DNA of 54,967 nucleotides from Phycisphaerales bacterium (GTDB lineage Bacteria; Planctomycetota; Phycisphaerae; UBA1845): NCBI GenBank assembly GCA_013140575.1, contig JABFSN010000060.1, positions 1 to 54,967 of the forward strand, read 5' to 3'. Shown piece by piece: positions 47,765 to 54,967 of this stretch (position 1 is its first letter; each line of letters starts with the position of its first letter). The notes under the pieces were generated by a model. It saw only the letters and a program-made list of their open reading frames with translations, ran no database searches and was not told where the DNA came from. The position numbers and the translations under genes were made by a program.

Positions 47765-47965
47765 GGCGCAGCCAGAGATAATCTGCACACTTTGAAATGG
47801 ACATGATTTACAAGATTAACAAGATAAAAACCTGTACGACGGTCGGACAAGGCAGCCATGCAACATTGCAAATCAAGTAAATCCTGTGGTAACAGGTCTG
47901 CCAAGTGCAATGCCGGGACAATCCGAACACTTGTTGTGCCGATCTGCAGGGTGGGTATTCCCCGG

Positions 47966-48066
47966 CGTGCGCCCTCCGGGCGAGAATGAATGAGAAGATA
48001 GAATGGAGGGTGCGGTCACCAGGGACTGAAGTCCCTGGCTAATTTCGTGCGCCCTACGGGCGAAGA
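47966..48066. repeat. repeat family A copy 2
   Basis: Identical hairpin ccagggactgaagtccctgg at 48019-48038. Flanking cgtgcgccctccgggcg at 47966-47982 and cgtgcgccctacgggcg at 48046-48062. Confidence 0.6.
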
Positions 48067-48158
48067 GATGGCGGGTAAATCCCGCACGACGATCGCATCC
48101 GCCCGGGCGATCCCATGTCCGTGGCATTGCCGATGGCTGAACAGTTACGAGACACTTT

Positions 48159-49082
48159 CTATATGAATCCGGTTTGGCGGTGCCATTCGATGGCCTTCAA
48201 TAGTCCGGCGCTCAACGGTGTCTGCGGATCGTAGGACAGCAGTTGGCGCGCCCTGGCGATGTCGGCCACGTAGCGGGTGACTTCGCCGGCGCGGGATGGC
48301 TCGTAGACCGCCCGCGGCTGCTTGCCGAGGGCCATGCCGATCATGTTGACCATGTCTTCCAGCGTGTAGCCGCGGCCGGTGGCCAGATTGATCGTCTGGT
48401 TCTTGATTCGCCCGGCGGTCAGCGCGTCGATGCCCGCGACGATGCCGGATACGCAATCGTCGATGTAGGTGAAATCGAGCACTTTCTGTCGGCCGTAAAC
48501 AACGATGGGTTGATCGTCGGCGATGCGGCGGATGAACAGGGGGATGACGCGCTCCATGCGTTCGAGGTCGTTGTCGTATCGGCCGTAGACGTTGCTGAAG
48601 CGGAAGACCAGATGGGGCAGGCCGTAGCATTGGGCGTAGGAATAGACCAGGGCTTCGCCCGCGATCTTGCTCGCCGAATAGGGGCTTTCGGCGACGACGA
48701 AATCGGCGGCGGCCTCGTCGGTGACGTGACGGTGGATGTCGCCGTAAACTTCGCGGGAACTGGCGAACACGAAGGGCACGCGCCGGCGGCGGCAAAAATC
48801 AAGGACGTTGAATGCCGTGGTGATGTTGTCCATGGCCCGCTGGGGATTCTGGACCAGTTCGAAGACCTTGGCGTTGGCGGCGCAGTGGAATACGGCGTCC
48901 AGTTGTTGGCCGGTGAATGCGTCCAGTGAATCGCGGGTCAGATCGGCCTGGGTCGTCGGGATGCGATCGGTCCAGGTGTTGGGTCGCAGATCGACGCCGA
49001 CCACATCGTGGCCGCGCGATTGCATGGCGAGGGCAACGTTGGTGCCGATCAGACCGCTGGAACCGGTAATCAGAAGTCTCAA
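48159..49082 (-). CDS. NAD-dependent epimerase/dehydratase (extended SDR; possibly heptose-pathway epimerase)
   Basis: MRLLITGSSGLIGTNV Rossmann motif and YSASK catalytic Y-x3-K. Adjacent to gmhA and hldE. Confidence 0.8.
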   Translation of the reverse strand: MRLLITGSSGLIGTNVALAMQSRGHDVVGVDLRPNTWTDRIPTTQADLTRDSLDAFTGQQLDAVFHCAANAKVFELVQNPQRAMDNITTAFNVLDFCRRRRVPFVFASSREVYGDIHRHVTDEAAADFVVAESPYSASKIAGEALVYSYAQCYGLPHLVFRFSNVYGRYDNDLERMERVIPLFIRRIADDQPIVVYGRQKVLDFTYIDDCVSGIVAGIDALTAGRIKNQTINLATGRGYTLEDMVNMIGMALGKQPRAVYEPSRAGEVTRYVADIARARQLLSYDPQTPLSAGLLKAIEWHRQTGFI

Positions 49083-49113
49083 GTGTCCGTCCGTTGCGCT
49101 CTCGCGTGGTCGG

Positions 49114-49677
49114 TCATGCGAACGCCCGTTCGATGCGATCGCAGATCATGTGGTATGCCAGTTCGTGGCACTCCTGAACGCGGTCGCCGGCGTCGGAATC
49201 GACGCGCAGACACAGATCGCACAGTTCGGCCATCGCCCCGCCCTTGCGCGACGTAAACCCGACGACCGTCGCTCCGATTTCGCGGGCCGAGTTCAACGCG
49301 GCGATGACGTTCGGCGACCGGCCCGACACGCTCAGCGCCCAGACGACATCACGCGGAGTAACCAATCCCTGCACCTGTCGTCGGAACATCTCCTCGCCGC
49401 CCATGTCGTTCGCGATGGCGGTCAAGGTTGATGAATCCGTCGTAAGCGCCATCGCGGGCAATGCCCGCCGGTCGCGTTTGAACCGCCCCAGCAATTCGGC
49501 GGCGATGTGCTGGGCGTCGGCCGCGCTGCCCCCGTTGCCGAGCACGTAGACCCGTCCGCCGTCGTGAATGACGCCGATGATCCGCTCGGCGATCGCATTC
49601 AGCGTGTTGATTTCGCGGCGCAAGGCGCCGGCGACGCGAATGTGTTCATCGATCTGGTCGGCGAAATCGTCGGTCAT
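49114..49677 (-). CDS. gmhA: D-sedoheptulose 7-phosphate isomerase (SIS domain)
   Basis: 187 aa, GNGGSAADAQHIAAEL...SGRSPNVI SIS motifs. Its start overlaps the hldE stop by 4 nt. Confidence 0.85.
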   Translation of the reverse strand: MTDDFADQIDEHIRVAGALRREINTLNAIAERIIGVIHDGGRVYVLGNGGSAADAQHIAAELLGRFKRDRRALPAMALTTDSSTLTAIANDMGGEEMFRRQVQGLVTPRDVVWALSVSGRSPNVIAALNSAREIGATVVGFTSRKGGAMAELCDLCLRVDSDAGDRVQECHELAYHMICDRIERAFA

Positions 49678-51161
49678 GTCGATCGTCCGTAGCGGATGCG
49701 TTGCAGAATGGACGTGGTGCTGTAACCCTCGACCACCGGCACCAGCGACACACGCCCGCCGCGTTTCTCCACCAGCTCGCGTCCCACGACGCCCTTGCCC
49801 GCCCAGTCGGCGCCCTTGACCAGAACATCGGGCTGTACGCGATCGATCAGTTTCAGCGGATCGACCTCATCGAATAGCACGACATAATCCACGCATTCCA
49901 ACGCTCCCAGCATCGTCGCCCGGAACTGCTCGTCGTTGATCGGCCGGTCGTCGCCCTTGCCCTGCTGGCGCACGCTACGGTCGGCATTCAACCCCACCAC
50001 CAGCAAGCTGCCCTGTTCCCGCGCTTCGGCCAGATAAGTCACGTGACCGGGGTGCAGGATGTCGAACACGCCATTGGTGAACACCACGATTTCACCGCGA
50101 TCGCGGCGCAGGTTCAGTTCGGCCGTCAAATCGTCGACACGCAGCAGCTTTCCGTTGCGGCGGCGGCCCGCCAGACGCAGGTCGGCCAATAGTTCGTCCG
50201 CCGAAATCGGCACGCATCCGAATTTTTCTACTTCCAAACCCCCGGCAATGTTCGCCAATCGCGTCGCATTTTCCAGATCGGCGCCGACGGCGATCGCGGC
50301 CGACAATGCCGCCAATACGGCGTCGCCCGCGCCGGTGTTGTCGTAGACCGCCCGCGGCCGGGTGGGCAAATGAACCGGATCGGCGTCCCGTCGAACGACC
50401 ACCGCGCCGTCGCGGTCCAGCGTCACCACCAGACCATCAACCCCCCATTCGTCCAGACACGCCGGGCCGTGGTCCAGCACCGACTGCGGTGTATCGAATG
50501 CACGACCGGCGGCCGTGGACAGTTCGGTGCGATTGGGCGTCAGAATCGTTGCCCCGCGATAGGTTTCGAACGGCCGATGCGAGGCCGGATCGACCAGGAT
50601 CGGTCTTCCCGCGGCACGGGCGGCCTCGACGATGGCGACCATCAGCGATCGATCGATGACGCCCTTCTGGTAATCTTCCAGGCAGACGACGTCGCAATCG
50701 GGGATGGCTTTGAGAACCGTCGCCGTCAGTTTCGCCGCGGCGGGTTTGGGCAGTGGCGCGGTATATTCCTCGTCCAGCCGCATCAACTGCTGCCGGTGAC
50801 GATGCTGGGCCAATCCGACGAATCGCGTCTTGGTCGTCGTCTGACGGTCGTCGGCGACCACGCATCCTCCGCAATCGGCGCCTGCGGCCTCGATCAACGA
50901 CACCAATTGTTGACCGGTCGCGTCGGGACCGATCGCGCCGATGCAGTGGACCTTCGCGCCCAGCGCGGCCAGACAGGCGGCCACGTTGCCCGTGCCTCCG
51001 ACACGTTCCTGTCGCTCGATGGCCCGCAGCACGGGCACCGGCGCTTCGGGGCTGATCCGCTCGGCGTCGCCGAAAATATACCGATCCAGAATCAAGTCGC
51101 CGATCAGGAGCACCCTGGCCCGCGGAAACGATCGGACGATTTCGGAGAGCTCGGTAAACAT
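49674..51161 (-). CDS. hldE: bifunctional D-beta-D-heptose 7-phosphate kinase / D-beta-D-heptose 1-phosphate adenylyltransferase
   Basis: N-terminal PfkB-type kinase (GGTGNVA, DNTGAGDA). C-terminal cytidylyltransferase (FTNGVFDILHPGHVTYL). Confidence 0.9.
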   Translation of the reverse strand: MFTELSEIVRSFPRARVLLIGDLILDRYIFGDAERISPEAPVPVLRAIERQERVGGTGNVAACLAALGAKVHCIGAIGPDATGQQLVSLIEAAGADCGGCVVADDRQTTTKTRFVGLAQHRHRQQLMRLDEEYTAPLPKPAAAKLTATVLKAIPDCDVVCLEDYQKGVIDRSLMVAIVEAARAAGRPILVDPASHRPFETYRGATILTPNRTELSTAAGRAFDTPQSVLDHGPACLDEWGVDGLVVTLDRDGAVVVRRDADPVHLPTRPRAVYDNTGAGDAVLAALSAAIAVGADLENATRLANIAGGLEVEKFGCVPISADELLADLRLAGRRRNGKLLRVDDLTAELNLRRDRGEIVVFTNGVFDILHPGHVTYLAEAREQGSLLVVGLNADRSVRQQGKGDDRPINDEQFRATMLGALECVDYVVLFDEVDPLKLIDRVQPDVLVKGADWAGKGVVGRELVEKRGGRVSLVPVVEGYSTTSILQRIRYGRST

Positions 51162-51404
51162 GGTTGGGATCGGCGTCGCGGTTCTGACGGTCGGCGGGGC
51201 GCAACCGGTGCGACCGCCCGCCGTCTTCGGGGCAGGGATGATGATATCGGTCGGGTTTGCACGCTGTCAACGGCGGTTGGGGTGACGCCGGGGACACGCC
51301 GAATGCCCCGGAACGCCGTTGGATTCGTTGCCCGATGATGACAGCCGGCATACAATGGCATTCGGACGTACAAGCCGGGGCGCGCCGGAATAGGGCGATC
51401 GACG

Positions 51405-51746
51405 ATGCAACGAGCTGGTGAAGACTCCATGACCGGCGATGCTTTGACGTACCACGGCATCGACTTCCCGCGGGGAACGATTGCCGAATTCTGCCGACGG
51501 AATCACCTCCGGCGGCTGGCGTTGTTTGGGTCCATCCTCCGGGAGGACTTCGGTCCGCATAGTGACATCGACGTCCTGGTGGAGTTTGAGCCGGGACGAA
51601 CGCCGGGGCTGGCGTTTTTCGGCATGCAGGACGAACTTTCCGAAATCCTCGGCCGCCAGGTCGATCTTCACACGCCGGGGTTTCTCAGCAGGTACTTTCG
51701 CGACGACGTGTTGAGCGAGGCGGTGGACCAATATGTCGCGGCATGA
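51405..51746 (+). CDS. mntA: MntA-type nucleotidyltransferase antitoxin
   Basis: [24 protein letters not shown] matches the GS...DxD NTase motif. The start may be the internal ATG at 51429. Confidence 0.75.
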   Translation: MQRAGEDSMTGDALTYHGIDFPRGTIAEFCRRNHLRRLALFGSILREDFGPHSDIDVLVEFEPGRTPGLAFFGMQDELSEILGRQVDLHTPGFLSRYFRDDVLSEAVDQYVAA

Positions 51747-52092
51747 CGACCGTATCAGTCTGCGGCACATGTTGGAGCATTCCGCTGAAGCTGCGGAGAT
51801 GATCCGCGGTCGCAGTCGCGACGAGCTGGACCGGGATCGGAAGTTGAATCTCGCACTGGTGCGGCTGATGGAGATCGTCGGTGAGGCAGCCGCACGCGTC
51901 TCGCAGGAGTTCCGACGATTCCACCCGAATATTCCCTGGTCACGGGTGGTCGGGTTGCGGAATCGATTGATTCATGGCTACGACGAGGTGGATTTCGACG
52001 TCCTGTGGCGAATCCTTCAGGAAGACATTCCGCAACTGATTCCAGCACTGCGGCGCGTTCTCGACGCAGGCGCGGGCGACGATTCGCGTTGA
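51733..52092 (+). CDS. hepT: HepT-type (DUF86) RNase toxin
   Basis: RNRLIHGY matches the R-x4-H-x-Y motif. Overlaps mntA by 14 nt. Confidence 0.8.
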   Translation: MSRHDDRISLRHMLEHSAEAAEMIRGRSRDELDRDRKLNLALVRLMEIVGEAAARVSQEFRRFHPNIPWSRVVGLRNRLIHGYDEVDFDVLWRILQEDIPQLIPALRRVLDAGAGDDSR

Positions 52093-52129
52093 CGTACGGA
52101 GGGTGGAGTGAATTCAATGGATCGAATCA

Positions 52130-52178
52130 GAACCGGCGGGGCGATCGTTGTTCGATCGCCCCGCCGGTTCGTTTCGAG
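52130..52178 (+). terminator. strong GC hairpin (18-bp perfect stem) followed by GTTTCGAG between convergent hepT and PQQ-propeller genes
   Basis: gaaccggcggggcgatcg - ttgtt - cgatcgccccgccggttc. The arms are exact reverse complements. Confidence 0.5.
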
Positions 52179-52199
52179 TGGATTCGACGCCCGCGGGTG

Positions 52200-53540
52200 T
52201 TAGTTCGCGCCCGCCGTCGGCTTGCCCAAATCCAGCGCCATGATGTTCTTCTGATCGCGCAGGAACAATGTCTTGCCGACCAGCGTCGGGACCGTCCACG
52301 CCACCTTCTCCAGCAGCGGCACCTTGGAGTGGATCTTCAGATCCTCGGGCGTGGCCGTCGCCAGCCCCAAGTTGCCTTCCTCGTCCAGGATGATGAATTT
52401 GCCATCGGCGTACAGTGACGTGGCCTTGGCGAAATCGCGCTTCCGCCACGCAACATCGCCCGTCTTCATGTTGATCGCCGAATAAAAACAGGGCTGCATC
52501 GTGCCCGACGAGCCGTAAACGTAATCCCCGATGCGAATCGCCGTGGTGTGGTAGAACTGAATCTTGCGCGTCGACCAGACCTCCTCTAGTTTGGTCTTAT
52601 CGCCGTCCTTAACCAGCCGGACGCCCTTCGAACCGGCCTCCGGCGACGAGAACAGCAGGATGTTGTCGTCCCCCAGCACCGGCAGGCAGATGTTCTGCTT
52701 CCACTGGTTACCGTGCTTGTAACTCCATTTCAATTCGCCGTTGGCCGGGTCGACCGCGATCAACTCGTCGGCCATGAAACACAGCAACTGCTCTTCACCG
52801 TTGACGGTGATCAGCTTCGGCGTGGAATAGCTGTTGCCGAAATCCTGCTTCTCCCACAGGGTCGAACCGCTGTCCTTATCGAACGCCACCAGACCATGAC
52901 CCGGACCGCCGACCATGGTGATGACCGTGCCCTTGTAGGGAAACACGCAGGACGAGTACCCGTGGTTCAGGATCGTCGCCCCTTCGAATTCGCTCCACAG
53001 ATCGTGCGACCAGATCACCTTGCCGTCGTTCGGATCGAGGCAGTGCATTTTGCCGGCCACCCCGATGGTGTACAGCTTGCCCTCGTACAACAGCGGCGTG
53101 CTTCGCGGACCCTTGCCGAACTGCGCGACATGCTCTTTCGACACCGGCGACTCGTACTTCATTTCCCAGACGGTTTCGCCATTGTCGGCCCGCAACGCGA
53201 CGACTGCTTCCTTGCCGTCGATCTCTTTTCCGTCCTCGCCCTCGACCTTCTTGCCTTCTTCGCGATACATGGTGTACAAGCGCTTGCCGTCGCTGATCAC
53301 GCCGGAATAGCCCTCGCCCAGCGCCCGCTTCCAGATCGCCTTCGGACCCTCCGCCGGCCACTCGTCCGCCAGCCCGCTGGTGTCCACGGTCCAGTCCTGC
53401 TTCGGACCGCCCCATCGCGTCCAGTCGGCCGCGATCGCCGGCGAACTCCCGACGATCATGACCAATGTCGGTCCGACAGCCATTACCGCCACACATCCGC
53501 GCAGGGTTCGAAAACGACATCGGATCGATTGCATGTTCAC
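52200..53540 (-). CDS. PQQ-like beta-propeller repeat protein (secreted)
   Basis: Signal peptide, then repeated ...DG.LYA/W...G.V.W PQQ-type blades (GKVIWSHDLW, GELKWSYKHG, GDVAWRKRDF). Confidence 0.6.
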   Translation of the reverse strand: MNMQSIRCRFRTLRGCVAVMAVGPTLVMIVGSSPAIAADWTRWGGPKQDWTVDTSGLADEWPAEGPKAIWKRALGEGYSGVISDGKRLYTMYREEGKKVEGEDGKEIDGKEAVVALRADNGETVWEMKYESPVSKEHVAQFGKGPRSTPLLYEGKLYTIGVAGKMHCLDPNDGKVIWSHDLWSEFEGATILNHGYSSCVFPYKGTVITMVGGPGHGLVAFDKDSGSTLWEKQDFGNSYSTPKLITVNGEEQLLCFMADELIAVDPANGELKWSYKHGNQWKQNICLPVLGDDNILLFSSPEAGSKGVRLVKDGDKTKLEEVWSTRKIQFYHTTAIRIGDYVYGSSGTMQPCFYSAINMKTGDVAWRKRDFAKATSLYADGKFIILDEEGNLGLATATPEDLKIHSKVPLLEKVAWTVPTLVGKTLFLRDQKNIMALDLGKPTAGAN

Positions 53541-53746
53541 GCGCTCCTTGGTTTTCCGAAAATGACGCCGCCGCCCGAAAACACCATTCTACTATTATCG
53601 CGTGCGGGGGCAATCACGGCGCGTATGAAATTGTCGGAGGGCAGGTGGCGCCGACGCCGTGGGCCGGCGACAGACCCTCGGACGCCCGGCATGGTCTGAA
53701 CTCCATGCCCCGGACGCCGCCGGCCCGCGCGATCCTGGATGGTCGA

Positions 53747-54967
53747 TTAGTGCACCGGCCAATTCGGCGCCGGATCGTCTGCCTTCACCCGTTTGGCCTC
53801 GCAGCCCCGGCACAGGCAGGTCGCGAACGGAACCCGCGGCAGGTCGATCATTTCGGCGGTCTTCGCGTTCAGCGCGGTGACGCCCGGTTCCGCGGCCTGC
53901 AGTTGCATCGCGGCGCTTTCCCGCGCCAGCTCCATATCGCCGCCGACCGATTCGACCAGCGTCACCGCGGCGTTCTGGAAGCCGATCGGGAACGTCCCCG
54001 CGTCCAGCGGCGATTGCCGGAATGCCTGATCCAGCATCAACTGCCGCAGGCTGGCCGAAACGTCCATCAACGCCGACGTGTCGGCCGTATGCACTAGTCC
54101 CAGCAGGTGGCCCACCTCGTGGCTGGTCACGTTGGCCAGCGCCTGCGCGTATTCTTCAAACGACGGTTGCAGGACGTTGAACACCGCGAACGTATCCGTA
54201 AACACGATCGCGTCCTGCGCGACGAGTTCGTTGTACTCGTCAATGTTCTCGGCCACCCCCAGCAGGGCCTTGTCGTAGGCGCCGAAATGAACCGTCGAAT
54301 AGGCGATACCCCGCGGAATGTCGTCGACGGTGGTGTGGAACACCACGTCCAATCCCGTGTAATCGATCAGTACGTGTTCCGTGATCGCGTCGATCAGCGC
54401 GTCCGACATCCCCGTCAGCGTCGGCGAAATCACGGCTCCATCGAACCGCGGCATGTCCACCGGCTTGCGGCCGCCGAATCCAATGCCGGACGCGCCGTCG
54501 AAATTCAGCAGTACATGCTGCCGTTGCGGAGGCGGTGCCTGCCCGTCACCGGCGGAAATCGCAACCGCCAGCGTGTACCCGCCCGATGACGAAACATTGG
54601 GGCTTGACGCAACGGCCACGTAGATGGAATCCGTGGCGTGCCGCAGCACGAAATCGATCCGTGCGTCGCGCACGCCCGCGAAGTAATTGCGATCGTCGTT
54701 CAGAAACAGCAGATTGCGATCGGCGTCGAACACGCCCGCGGCCGGATCCAGATACCCTTCGCCGGTGACCTCGACCTGCACTCGGTCGCCCGCGGACGCC
54801 CCAGCCAATACATAGACGTCAATATCCGTGGTCGATTCGATCTCACCGCGGAGCGCCGTCGAGCCCGAATCCGATTCGACCAGCGATTTGGCCGCCGCGA
54901 ACGAGTCGTTCCCCTCGTCGGCGACCAGTGCCGCAGGACCCGTCAGTCGCAACGACGCCAACAGACC
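53747..54967 (-). CDS. metzincin zinc metalloprotease (HEVGHLLGLVH), probably 5'-truncated by window edge
   Basis: HExxHxxGxxH followed by a Met-turn-like SALM. The ORF runs to the window end with only an internal Met at 54961. Confidence 0.6.
   Translation of the reverse strand, partial: GLLASLRLTGPAALVADEGNDSFAAAKSLVESDSGSTALRGEIESTTDIDVYVLAGASAGDRVQVEVTGEGYLDPAAGVFDADRNLLFLNDDRNYFAGVRDARIDFVLRHATDSIYVAVASSPNVSSSGGYTLAVAISAGDGQAPPPQRQHVLLNFDGASGIGFGGRKPVDMPRFDGAVISPTLTGMSDALIDAITEHVLIDYTGLDVVFHTTVDDIPRGIAYSTVHFGAYDKALLGVAENIDEYNELVAQDAIVFTDTFAVFNVLQPSFEEYAQALANVTSHEVGHLLGLVHTADTSALMDVSASLRQLMLDQAFRQSPLDAGTFPIGFQNAAVTLVESVGGDMELARESAAMQLQAAEPGVTALNAKTAEMIDLPRVPFATCLCRGCEAKRVKADDPAPNWPVH

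Noticed and set aside
1-54967. CRISPR arrays, tRNA/rRNA genes, transposases/integrases
   Set aside because: I looked for regularly spaced identical repeats with unique spacers and found none. The repeats present are palindromic REP-like units without spacer periodicity. No cloverleaf-compatible tRNA and no rRNA-like segment was seen. No protein resembles a transposase or recombinase.

Overview
GC-rich bacterial chromosomal fragment, roughly two-thirds G+C by eye and densely coding. I infer, with uncertainty, that it comes from a Planctomycetota-like organism. The basis is two DUF1559 / H-X9-DG prepilin-like proteins, dockerin-like C-termini on secreted proteins, a secretin plus GspG-like pseudopilin cluster, and many TPR/LysM/PQQ-type envelope proteins. 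No rRNA, tRNA, CRISPR array, transposase or integrase was recognised. Housekeeping genes I recognise with confidence include sucC, recG, birA, gmhA, hldE, pilT, a Zn-alcohol dehydrogenase and S9/M14 peptidases. Three toxin-antitoxin pairs are present: hicBA, vapBC and mntA/hepT. At least five families of short palindromic REP-like repeats fill the intergenic gaps. Five regions stand out. (1) A two-gene operon, a wHTH/Zn-ribbon protein plus a membrane-anchored coiled-coil T5orf172 (GIY-YIG-like) protein, is bounded by a perfect 33-bp inverted repeat. It sits next to a vapBC cassette that is itself flanked by about 35-bp direct repeats duplicating the 3' end of the neighbouring DUF1559 gene. This is a candidate mobile defense-like island. 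(2) pilT is followed by a membrane-anchored, catalytically degenerate GspE/PilB paralog and then a large membrane protein. (3) A secreted reprolysin/ADAM-like metalloprotease carries disintegrin-like CGDGVV..EECD repeats and a dockerin-like tail. (4) There is a zinc-ribbon-fused bactofilin pair. (5) A cysteine-dioxygenase and YeiH transporter operon is present. All calls are from reading translated ORFs and the DNA by eye; no database search was run.
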